A DNA stretch of 64,000 nt. Source: an uncultured Pseudomonadota bacterium. Its GTDB lineage: Bacteria > Pseudomonadota > Alphaproteobacteria > JACZXZ01. Both the position numbers and the translations under genes were made by a program. The number at the start of each line of letters is the position of its first letter. Positions within the stretch are counted from its first letter, which is position 1. Shown in pieces: positions 50,106 to 58,141 of this stretch. The stretch is from assembly GCA_963749075.1 (NCBI GenBank), contig CAVVLJ010000020.1:704001-768000 (forward strand). Direction: 5' to 3'. The notes beneath the pieces were generated by a model, which was given only the letters and a program-made list of their open reading frames with translations, searched no databases and was not told the DNA's origin.

Positions 50106-50462
50106 TTAGTAGCCGTAGTACGAGTAGTAGTACGCGTAGTAGTAGTTCAAGTACGAATAGTACGCGTAGTACTGGGCGTCGTAGTAGTAGGCTGTCGCGT
50201 AGCTGCTGGAGCCGGTACCGTATACGTAGTTGTAATAGGTACCATAGGCGGCATAGAGGCTCGCGTATGAGCCGTAAAGCGCGCCATAGTAGCCGTAGTA
50301 CGCCGCCGTGGAGCCGCTACCTTTGACGGACGCCATCTCCTTGTCGGAGAGAACCGTCAAGTGGGAGGAATCGCCAAGCAGAGGATTGTTGGCATAGGAA
50401 GGAGTGCCGAACGCCATCAGGGCGAGCACCGCCAGACCGGCCAACTTCAGGAATAGCTTCAT
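50106..50462 (-). CDS. secreted tyrosine-rich precursor protein (118 aa)
   Basis: GGGGGAG RBS; signal MKLFLKLAGLAVLALMAFGTPSYA; leader ending LSDKEMASVKG; core of 70 aa with 30 Tyr, mostly TAC codons. Confidence 0.85.
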   Translation of the reverse strand: MKLFLKLAGLAVLALMAFGTPSYANNPLLGDSSHLTVLSDKEMASVKGSGSTAAYYGYYGALYGSYASLYAAYGTYYNYVYGTGSSSYATAYYYDAQYYAYYSYLNYYYAYYYSYYGY

Positions 50463-50550
50463 CGTACATTCTCCCCCAAAAACCACCTCAGAGACATGTA
50501 TGGTCGCATAGGGGTTAACCAAGGTCAAGACATTGCGAGAGCAAAATTCC

Positions 50551-50572
50551 TGCTGTGACCGCCGTCACAGCA
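50551..50572. promoter_or_regulatory. CRP-family-type operator
   Basis: TGCTGTGAC-CGCC-GTCACAGCA is a perfect 9-bp dyad containing TGTGA-N6-TCACA. Confidence 0.6.
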
Positions 50573-50601
50573 CCGTCCCCGGCCGTGGGCATGAAATTAA
50601 T

Positions 50602-50637
50602 TTCAAAGTCTCGACAAACCTGCTTCAAAGTCTCGAC
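50602..50637. repeat. 14-bp direct repeat with 22-bp period
   Basis: TTCAAAGTCTCGAC at 50602-50615 and 50624-50637. Confidence 0.8.
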
Positions 50638-50921
50638 GACGCTGTTTCGCGGCGTTTTGGCCGCCTGCCGGGCGGGCCGTTCGCGAAACTCGATCGAGAT
50701 GCGTCGCCATCTCGCGCCGAGCGTGTGCGGTCCGGGGCCTTGGGTGGCGCCGCGCGCAGCGCCGCGATGACGCGCGCAAGTCGATCGTCGGAGCCCGCCG
50801 CCGGCTCAAGACTGGCATGCAGCGTTTTTCCACGGCGGCGCCGTGCATATGGACTGTCACAAGATGGCCCATAATATGCTGGCGTTGCGCCGCGGCAAGA
50901 TGCGCGGTCGCGCGAGGGCGC

Positions 50922-50945
50922 CCCGCAATTTCGCCCGCAATTTCG
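50922..50945. repeat. 12-bp tandem repeat
   Basis: CCCGCAATTTCG x2, just upstream of the TTGACA box. Confidence 0.7.
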
Positions 50946-50956
50946 GCGGCCGCCTG

Positions 50957-50985
50957 TTGACATGATATAAGATTGCCCGCATCAT
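50957..50985 (+). promoter_or_regulatory. putative sigma70 promoter of the G1 peptidase gene
   Basis: TTGACA-N17-CATCAT in an AT-rich patch ~30 bp before a GGGGGAGG RBS. Confidence 0.5.
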
Positions 50986-51017
50986 ATTAAATCGCATTTT
51001 TCCTGGGGGAGGTGCAC

Positions 51018-52124
51018 ATGTTTACGAGCACGCGTCGGAAGGCATACCGGAACCCGCGATCTCATTGGGTGATCGGCTTGGGCGCCGCTCTCGGCGCCGC
51101 GCTTGCGCTCTGCGCTCCGTCCTCAGTCGCCATGGCGCAGGGCGCTCACACCGCCGCCACCAATATCCCGGGCGTGAGCGCCTTCCTGGCACCGCCGGAA
51201 GGTTTCGATGCGGTCCACGCGTCCTCGGCGCAGCTTCAGCAATACGGATTTCCGCCGCGGCCGGGCGGGAACAACGCCGCGGCCTTGGCCGATTGGGAGA
51301 AGATGGCGAGCGCGCCGGTCACGCGCATCATGCCGACGCTGGAGCAGACGCAAATCTATCATGGCCCGCGGCGGCCGGGGCCCTCGGGCAAGAGCAACGA
51401 GGCGACAGTCGGAAACATTACCAATTCCACGAGCTCCAATTGGAGCGGCTACGCGATCACATCCAGCAACGATCCGTTCACGGCCGAGGAAGTTTTGGCC
51501 CAGTATTCCGTGCCGCCCGCCCAACAGGCCTTCGGCACATGCAACGGCGGGTGGGATTACGGCTCGGCATGGGTCGGCGTCGACGGGTTCAGCAACGGCG
51601 TCGTTTTTCAGGCTGGCATCGAGTTTGATGCCTATTGCGGAGGCGACGTTCCCCAGACGCTCTACTCGACCTGGTTCGAGTGGTATCCGAATGGCGAGTC
51701 CCGGATCTCGAACTTCCCGATCGACAAAGGCGATCTCGTGCGCGTGTATATCTGGAACACCAACACGACGACGGGCGAAACCTACATCGTCAATTACACA
51801 AAGAACGCAGCCGTGGGGCTCGCCTTTTCCGCGCCGAGCGGCTACCCGGAGACTGGCAATAGTGTCGAGTGGATCGTTGAAAGGCCGGGGGTGAGCGGAG
51901 GGTTGGCGACGTTGACCAACTACGTGTCCGACCCATGGACGTTCTGCGAGGCGTTTAATTACACCAGCGGCAGCCCGACCTATTACTATCCGGGCTCGAG
52001 CGCCCCGGCCAACGGCAGCGTGAATGCAATAACCATGCTCGACAACAGCAGCAACGCGATCTCCTATGCCGAGCTGCAGGGCAATTGGGATTTGTGGTTC
52101 TACGACGAGGGATCGGCGTACTAA
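51018..52124 (+). CDS. secreted glutamic peptidase, family G1 (eqolisin/peptidase A4)
   Basis: Signal and propeptide, then SSNWSGY, WVGVDG, QAG (catalytic Gln), WFEWYP, EWIVERP (catalytic Glu). Confidence 0.88.
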   Translation: MFTSTRRKAYRNPRSHWVIGLGAALGAALALCAPSSVAMAQGAHTAATNIPGVSAFLAPPEGFDAVHASSAQLQQYGFPPRPGGNNAAALADWEKMASAPVTRIMPTLEQTQIYHGPRRPGPSGKSNEATVGNITNSTSSNWSGYAITSSNDPFTAEEVLAQYSVPPAQQAFGTCNGGWDYGSAWVGVDGFSNGVVFQAGIEFDAYCGGDVPQTLYSTWFEWYPNGESRISNFPIDKGDLVRVYIWNTNTTTGETYIVNYTKNAAVGLAFSAPSGYPETGNSVEWIVERPGVSGGLATLTNYVSDPWTFCEAFNYTSGSPTYYYPGSSAPANGSVNAITMLDNSSNAISYAELQGNWDLWFYDEGSAY

Positions 52125-52460
52125 CTCAAAACGCCTGGGCGTGCGGGCCGTGCCGGTCGGGCCGGCCCGCTTCGACCTAAAGGACAGCTCACCAACTCTC
52201 GGTCTCGGGCCGCTTGAATTCGCTCGGCGCGCCCGGGGTGTGGTCTTGTGGACAATGCTGCCGCGCTGACCACAACCCCTGAGGTCCAATAACCGCGGAA
52301 GCGGAGATTTGACGTGCTGCCGGGCACGGACATCTTCGCACGTTATGGACAGAGGCCTTATGCGCCCGCACGTCGTATCGACCGCGAATGCCAATGGGTT
52401 GTACCGCGTCCGAGGGGGGAATGGCGGGCGCTGCCTCGGGGGAATTGCGGAGCGCGCGGC

Positions 52461-53219
52461 TCACCGCGTCGTCGATCCTGCGGCCTCCTCTTTACGGCCC
52501 TCCAGGATATGGACCTGGACCGGAGTGAGGACGGACGGCACCTTGACGCCGTGCAGCATGACGTGTCGCCCCAGAGGCACGCGCTCGACCTCGACCCTCG
52601 GCAGGAATTCGGCGACCATGCCGCGCAAATCGTCGGCCGCATACTGCAGCGTCGGCGGATGCGAGGAGAGAAGCGGCAGAAGCTTCGTGCTCGGCCGATA
52701 GGCGAGCCGCTCCAGGCCGTAGAACCAGCGCGGCACGCAGGACTCCACGAGGATGAATCGCCCGCCGGGCTTCAGCACGCGGCTCGCCTCGCCGATCGCG
52801 CGGCGCGCGTTGGACCGGCAATCCGCGACGGTTCGCCCGACCAGGTGGTGGATCAGCATGACCATGAGCACGGCGTCGAAGGAGCCGTCCGGCTCGGGGA
52901 TGTCGAGGGCGCTCCCTGTCTTCGCCCGGGCATTGGGCGGGAAGACCTTGGCAGGCAGATCGGGCGGGAGCTTGTCGAAAAAGAGATCGAGGGCGACGAT
53001 CTCGCCCACGCGCGACGCGTCGTAGTCGAATACGCCGCCGTTGCCGATGTCGAGCATCCGCCCTATGCCGGAGAGCTTCTCGGAGACGCGGCCGCGGAGC
53101 CGGACGTAGGTATCGAGCGTCTCGATGTTCCGCTTGTATTCCTCGATGTTCTTCAAGAAATATCGTTTGTTCGCGTCCAAGGACTCGCGCAGAACGGGAT
53201 CGTCAGGGGGCTCGCTCAC
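52461..53219 (-). CDS. class I SAM-dependent methyltransferase
   Basis: MLDIGNGG, PDGSFDAV, RVLKPGG. Confidence 0.85.
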   Translation of the reverse strand: MSEPPDDPVLRESLDANKRYFLKNIEEYKRNIETLDTYVRLRGRVSEKLSGIGRMLDIGNGGVFDYDASRVGEIVALDLFFDKLPPDLPAKVFPPNARAKTGSALDIPEPDGSFDAVLMVMLIHHLVGRTVADCRSNARRAIGEASRVLKPGGRFILVESCVPRWFYGLERLAYRPSTKLLPLLSSHPPTLQYAADDLRGMVAEFLPRVEVERVPLGRHVMLHGVKVPSVLTPVQVHILEGRKEEAAGSTTR

Positions 53220-53364
53220 GCAAGGCCTCTCGATGAAAAGCGGAAACCGCGTGTGATGTACCGAAATGCCGTCCGGACCGCAACCGGAAGTATCGCGCAC
53301 CTGCGCGACCGAGGCGCGGTGTCGGCGGGCGGTGCGCGCGCCGCGCTTTCGCGAGGCACATGCT

Positions 53365-55293
53365 CTATCCGCCTGCGGACGTGACGACGAAGCCGTTGCG
53401 CCCGACTCCCTCTCCGCCTGCCGGCCCCAGCCGCACGGTACAATCGGGCCGGACTGCGGGGGTCTGGAAGCCGAGTGCCGCCCCCTGGCCATAATATGTG
53501 TTGATCTCCTGCGCGGAGACGTATGGCACGTCGCGCGCATACAAATTGACCATGACGTAATGGCGGAGGAAAGGGTCCTCCAGGTCGACGCGCACCATGT
53601 GGCAGCGGTCGAGACGGCTGAGCAGCGGGGCCAGGTCGAACTCGGTCTCGAGCCTGCGCGCGAGTGGAGGGTCGCCCGGATAGGGCGATAGGCCGGGAAT
53701 GCCGTCATGGGCCGCCACGCTCGCCAGGCGGACGGTCATGGTGACGAGTTGGAGGCCTATATAGAGCTGCGCGGGCACGCGCCGCCACCGCGTCGCGCGC
53801 GGATCGGCGAGCGGCAACAGCAGCAGGAGGAGCAAGAACGGGGAGAGCCAGACGTACGCCTTGCCGGCGGCGTAAGGGTTCCCCTGGAGCGCCAGCGCCG
53901 CGACCAGCGCGAGGCCGGTCGCGAGGCCTGCCGGCAGCCAGAGCTCGCGCGCCCTGAGCGAGCGTAGCGCGCACCAGCCGAGAGCGGCGACCTCGACCGA
54001 CACGGCGATCCCGACGGCGACGAGGAGCCAATGGGGAGAATCGAATGTGGGGACGACCCGATAGAGGCCCGCCAGGCCCGCGATTCCGTTGGTGATCGTC
54101 AGCCTCGTATGGATCGGTCGAAACAGGGCCGACAAATCGTCGCCCACGACCGCGAAACCGTGGAAGTAGGAGAACCAGTTCAGGGACATCTCGGGGCTGG
54201 ACGAGATCGAGCGTATTTGCTCGTAGAGGAAGCCGAGCGTGCTGTCGAAGCATGGTAACGCAAGACCCGCCCCCAATGCCGCCGCCGCGAGCTGAGGGAT
54301 GACGCGCTGGAACGACGATCTGCTCGCCCAAAGAACCGCGAGGAGCGAAGCGCCATAGACCGGCACATAGACCGGAAGACACTCCGGATAGAGATAAATG
54401 GCGCCCGCGACGAGGAGCGACAGCGCCAAGCTGGCGCGCAGCCTGTCGAGTGCGCCTGCCGTGAGGGTTCCCGCGGCCGGCAAGAGGGGCTCGAGGCCCA
54501 GGCCGAACAGCGCCGGCATCACCATGACGCCGGCAAGCTGCGACCAGGCATCGACGTCGATGAGATATCCGCCCCAAAAACCGCAGGCGAAGGTCAATGG
54601 CACGACGAGCCGTGCCGCCGGCCGCGCGTCCGTCGCGGCGCGCAGGAGAAAATAAAGGCTCGGCACGTAGAGCGAGAGGGTCAGGCTCACGAAGTCGTTG
54701 GCGAGCTCGAAGACAGGGATCTTGAGCGCGATCCCGACATGGGCGAGTGCCGCGAACGCCATCGTGACGGAGGGGCGCGTGTGGAGATGCGCCAGCCCGA
54801 TCAGCATGGGGTTGCGCAGCACGGCGGCCGGGCTCGCATACTGCGATGCCCAGATCGCCGCCGCGCTCATCTTGGAGAAGACGCTGCCGGCGGTCACGTA
54901 GTTGAAATAGTCCCAGACGTTTCCATGGTATGCGTAGTAAGGCTCTCCCGCGATCCATTTGGGCAGCGACAGGGCGGCCGCAGCGAGAGCCCAGGCCGCG
55001 GCGAGGTGCCAAATGTCCCGGCGCCGCTCGCCGGCCAATTCGCCGCCGCGGCGCAGCCGGGACGCGAGACAGCCGAGGCCGAGTGCCGCGAGCGCACCGT
55101 AGAGCCAGACCTGCTGGCTTATCGCAAGTCCCGCCCTGAGCAGGTTCGGCGCAAGGATCGCGACGATGCAATAGCCGAAGACCGGCGCGAGGGCGATGCG
55201 CGGGGCGCGTCCCTCGGGCAGCAGCAGCGACGCGGGCAAGCCGATCAGCGCGAGCAGCACGACGGAATAGACCAGAAAGGCGATGTCGATCAT
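53365..55293 (-). CDS. polytopic membrane protein, GT-C-like (paralog 1)
   Basis: Many hydrophobic segments; NVWDYFNY, YLYPE, YAAGK; soluble C-terminal tail. Confidence 0.7.
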   Translation of the reverse strand: MIDIAFLVYSVVLLALIGLPASLLLPEGRAPRIALAPVFGYCIVAILAPNLLRAGLAISQQVWLYGALAALGLGCLASRLRRGGELAGERRRDIWHLAAAWALAAAALSLPKWIAGEPYYAYHGNVWDYFNYVTAGSVFSKMSAAAIWASQYASPAAVLRNPMLIGLAHLHTRPSVTMAFAALAHVGIALKIPVFELANDFVSLTLSLYVPSLYFLLRAATDARPAARLVVPLTFACGFWGGYLIDVDAWSQLAGVMVMPALFGLGLEPLLPAAGTLTAGALDRLRASLALSLLVAGAIYLYPECLPVYVPVYGASLLAVLWASRSSFQRVIPQLAAAALGAGLALPCFDSTLGFLYEQIRSISSSPEMSLNWFSYFHGFAVVGDDLSALFRPIHTRLTITNGIAGLAGLYRVVPTFDSPHWLLVAVGIAVSVEVAALGWCALRSLRARELWLPAGLATGLALVAALALQGNPYAAGKAYVWLSPFLLLLLLLPLADPRATRWRRVPAQLYIGLQLVTMTVRLASVAAHDGIPGLSPYPGDPPLARRLETEFDLAPLLSRLDRCHMVRVDLEDPFLRHYVMVNLYARDVPYVSAQEINTYYGQGAALGFQTPAVRPDCTVRLGPAGGEGVGRNGFVVTSAGG

Positions 55294-55780
55294 CGCGTCA
55301 CTGTCGACCGCGGAAGGATCGCGGTCTGCGTGCGCCGTATCAGGGAAGGTGCTGGGTGGTCGGGGTGCAAGTCAGAATCCATGGCTGGGATCGCTGGCAT
55401 CGACGCTCGGAAATTCTTCGCGGGGCGCCAAATCTCGCGAAGCCGTCGAGTCTGATCGGCGGCCCATGGTAACAAGCCAGTGGACGAGGAGGAAGGATTG
55501 TAGTCCTGGCCCGCTGCAATTGCCGGCCTCAGTCCGCTTCCTGGTCTCCCGGCAAAATGATAGCGTTCGCGCGGATACTCGGTCATGCGCGGGACATCGG
55601 TGAAGGCGGGTTAATCGTCATGGTTCGTTGCCTCCCTGAGCGGCTTGTCCGACCCCATTGCCCCGGCGCCCGCGGATGGGGCGGCTCACCCCGCGGCTGG
55701 CGCACGGCGGCGTCGGTACCGGGCGCGTCGCGTCGCGGGCGAGCTCTGGGGAGAGCCGCGCAGGGGAACGGCTCTCCGGC

Positions 55781-58051
55781 ATGACCGCCGATCTGCTCAT
55801 GGGCGGCCTAGGCGCGCTCTGGTTTCTTCTTGTCGCCATTCTGCTCAGCCTGGGCGGCCTCGGTCTCCTCGCCGTCCTCGGCTGCCGCAGCCGGCTCGCC
55901 GCACCTCTCTTCCTGGCACCGGCCCTGATGTTGGCCTTGTGGACGATCCTTTGCTCGGGCGCCGCGTGGCTCCGGCTGCCGATCGTTGGCGTGACGCCGT
56001 GGGTGTGGGCCGTGACGCTGCTCCTGATGTTGCCGGGCATCCATATCGTGATCCGGGCGGTACAAGGCCGAATGGGCTCGGCACTGCCAAGGTCCGCTCC
56101 CTGGAGCGACGCCGGCTTTCTAGTGCCGGCAGTGCTCTGCTGCCTGTTGCCCCTCGCCGTGCTGCCCGGCGTGCTGCGCTTCGGACTGGCCGATTTTGCC
56201 GGGTCCACGGCACCGGACAGCTGGTCCTATGTTGCCGTCGCAGATTATCTGCGCGTCGAGCCGCGCGGCGTCGCCTCCGGCCTCAGCCCCCTCCACCAAT
56301 ATGCCGCCCATCTTGCCGACGCGCGCAACGCCACTTACGCGCTCCTCGCGTTCCTCTCGTCGGTGTCGGCGGGGGGGCGTCCGGACACGGCGGTCAATCT
56401 GTTCTGCCTTTTGTCCCTTTTCGCCTTCGCGGGTGCTGTTGCCCATTTCGCGCTCACGGTATTCGAACGACGGCTGGTGCCGACCGTGGCACTCCTTCTC
56501 CTCAGCGTCTATGGCTGGCCCGGAGACATCGTTTTTGTCGGTAATTTCGATCAATTACTGGTGCTGCCGCTGCTTCCCGCCCTGGCCTCGGTCGCCGCCC
56601 ACGCCGCGAAAGAACGATCCCCGTGGCGCTTGGCGCCCGCGGCGTCGCTGCTGATCGCGGCAGCCTTGTACGCGTACATCGAGATGGCCGCATTCGGTAT
56701 CGCCGTGGCAGCGAGCTTCTCGCTCGGAGGGGCCATTCGGCCGTGGCGGACGCTCGGACGCACAGCGGCAGCCGTTCTGCTCGCGCTGGCGGGCGCGTCT
56801 GTTGCACTGCTGCCGGGGGGGAAAGCGCTTGTCGTCTATTTTCTCGATCAGCTGGCAAGCGGGACCACGACCGGCCTCCGGCCCGCGGAAGGTTATTTTA
56901 CCGGCCTGACCGACCCCAGCTATGCGCTATCGGCGGTGTGGGCATTGGGGGGCGAATTTCACTTTCCGGAATATATTCTGACGGGCGCGTTGGTGGCCGC
57001 GGCCATGACCGGCTGCGCGCTCTGGGGTGCGATACGACCGAGCCGGGGCGTGCTGCCGGCGTTCGCGGGTGGCGCGGTGCTGCTCGCCTATGGCACGATG
57101 GCTTTCGGCAGCCATTACTCCTATGGCGCGTACAAGATTGTCTCCGTCAACTTCTGGGTCATCGCCTGGCTGGCCGTCAGCGGCGGCGCCGACCTCGCGA
57201 GGCGGCTCGGGCGGAAGTCTGCCTTTCGGAACCTCGGGTCGGCGGAGGTCTGCGGAATGGCAGTGCTGCTCGTGCCGGCGATCTATCTCCGCGCTCATAC
57301 CGTGCTCGAGATCAATCGCTTTGAGGTGTCGGCCGCGGCACATCGTCTCGCCCGCGAGGCGGCCGATGCCGCGGCCCGCATCGGCAAAGGCGCTCCGCTG
57401 CTGGTATCCGTCACCGATGAGCTGGCAAATGTGTGGGCGGTGTATCAGCTCGATGCCGTGCCCATGCGCGTGGCTCCTTACCGCCTCTATATGTCGGCTC
57501 CGCAGTTGGCACGGCTCATGGCGGCGGCGCGACCGGTCCCGTGGCAGAGGATCGCGTATGCGCTCACCGACCGCAGCAGGCCGGCCGTGCCGTCGATCGT
57601 GGCGGGCGGCCGGGTGGTCTGGCAGAACCGTGCATATGCGCTTTGGCAAGTGGCGCCGGGAAACTGGATGACGATCGCCGAGGTCGACAACCCCAATGGC
57701 GTCGAGGGGAGCAGCGATCGGCCCTTCATCTGGCTGGGCGGCGGGGCGACCCATCTGACCGTCGTGTCGGGTGCCGCCGGCGACGCCATCCTGACGGCCG
57801 AGGTCGTTCCCGGTCCGCGCGCGGCAGAGGGTGCGCGCTCCTGGGATGTCGCCGTGCGCGCCGGGGATTGGCGCACGACGGCAGAGATCAGCCCGCCGGC
57901 CGCGAGCATCCGTCTGCCCGTGCGGGCCGGAGTGACCGCCGTCGAGCTCACCGTGCTCGCCGCACCTGCCGGACGAATGCCCGACAACGGCGACCGCAGG
58001 CCGATGATCGTCGGCCTTTTCGACTACCGCCTGACGCCGGTCAGCGATTGA
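55781..58051 (+). CDS. polytopic membrane protein, GT-C-like (paralog 2)
   Basis: APDSWSY, NFDQ, YAYIE, RPAEGYF, YGAYK; C-terminal NPNGVE...WLGGG...DRRPM domain. Confidence 0.7.
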   Translation: MTADLLMGGLGALWFLLVAILLSLGGLGLLAVLGCRSRLAAPLFLAPALMLALWTILCSGAAWLRLPIVGVTPWVWAVTLLLMLPGIHIVIRAVQGRMGSALPRSAPWSDAGFLVPAVLCCLLPLAVLPGVLRFGLADFAGSTAPDSWSYVAVADYLRVEPRGVASGLSPLHQYAAHLADARNATYALLAFLSSVSAGGRPDTAVNLFCLLSLFAFAGAVAHFALTVFERRLVPTVALLLLSVYGWPGDIVFVGNFDQLLVLPLLPALASVAAHAAKERSPWRLAPAASLLIAAALYAYIEMAAFGIAVAASFSLGGAIRPWRTLGRTAAAVLLALAGASVALLPGGKALVVYFLDQLASGTTTGLRPAEGYFTGLTDPSYALSAVWALGGEFHFPEYILTGALVAAAMTGCALWGAIRPSRGVLPAFAGGAVLLAYGTMAFGSHYSYGAYKIVSVNFWVIAWLAVSGGADLARRLGRKSAFRNLGSAEVCGMAVLLVPAIYLRAHTVLEINRFEVSAAAHRLAREAADAAARIGKGAPLLVSVTDELANVWAVYQLDAVPMRVAPYRLYMSAPQLARLMAAARPVPWQRIAYALTDRSRPAVPSIVAGGRVVWQNRAYALWQVAPGNWMTIAEVDNPNGVEGSSDRPFIWLGGGATHLTVVSGAAGDAILTAEVVPGPRAAEGARSWDVAVRAGDWRTTAEISPPAASIRLPVRAGVTAVELTVLAAPAGRMPDNGDRRPMIVGLFDYRLTPVSD

Positions 58052-58141
58052 CGCGCTTTTGCGGCTCACCGCGGCGACGTTGCCATGTTGATCTAGTTGC
58101 TGCGGGCGAAGACCGATAGCCGAAGGGCAAAGGAAAATTCA

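Noticed and set aside
50106-50320. TAG/TAC-rich periodic DNA as a microsatellite or CRISPR-like array
   Set aside because: The periodicity comes from Tyr codons in an open frame. There are no constant repeats with unique spacers.
50106-50462. Classical bacteriocin/RiPP cluster
   Set aside because: There is no ABC (PCAT) transporter, immunity gene or modifying enzyme adjacent. The precursor has a Sec signal and the peptidase is extracytoplasmic. Modification by enzymes encoded elsewhere is not excluded.
52143-52280. Two GC-rich hairpins after the G1 peptidase as an ncRNA
   Set aside because: No recognisable RNA family features. They are adequately explained as terminator-like structures between convergent genes.
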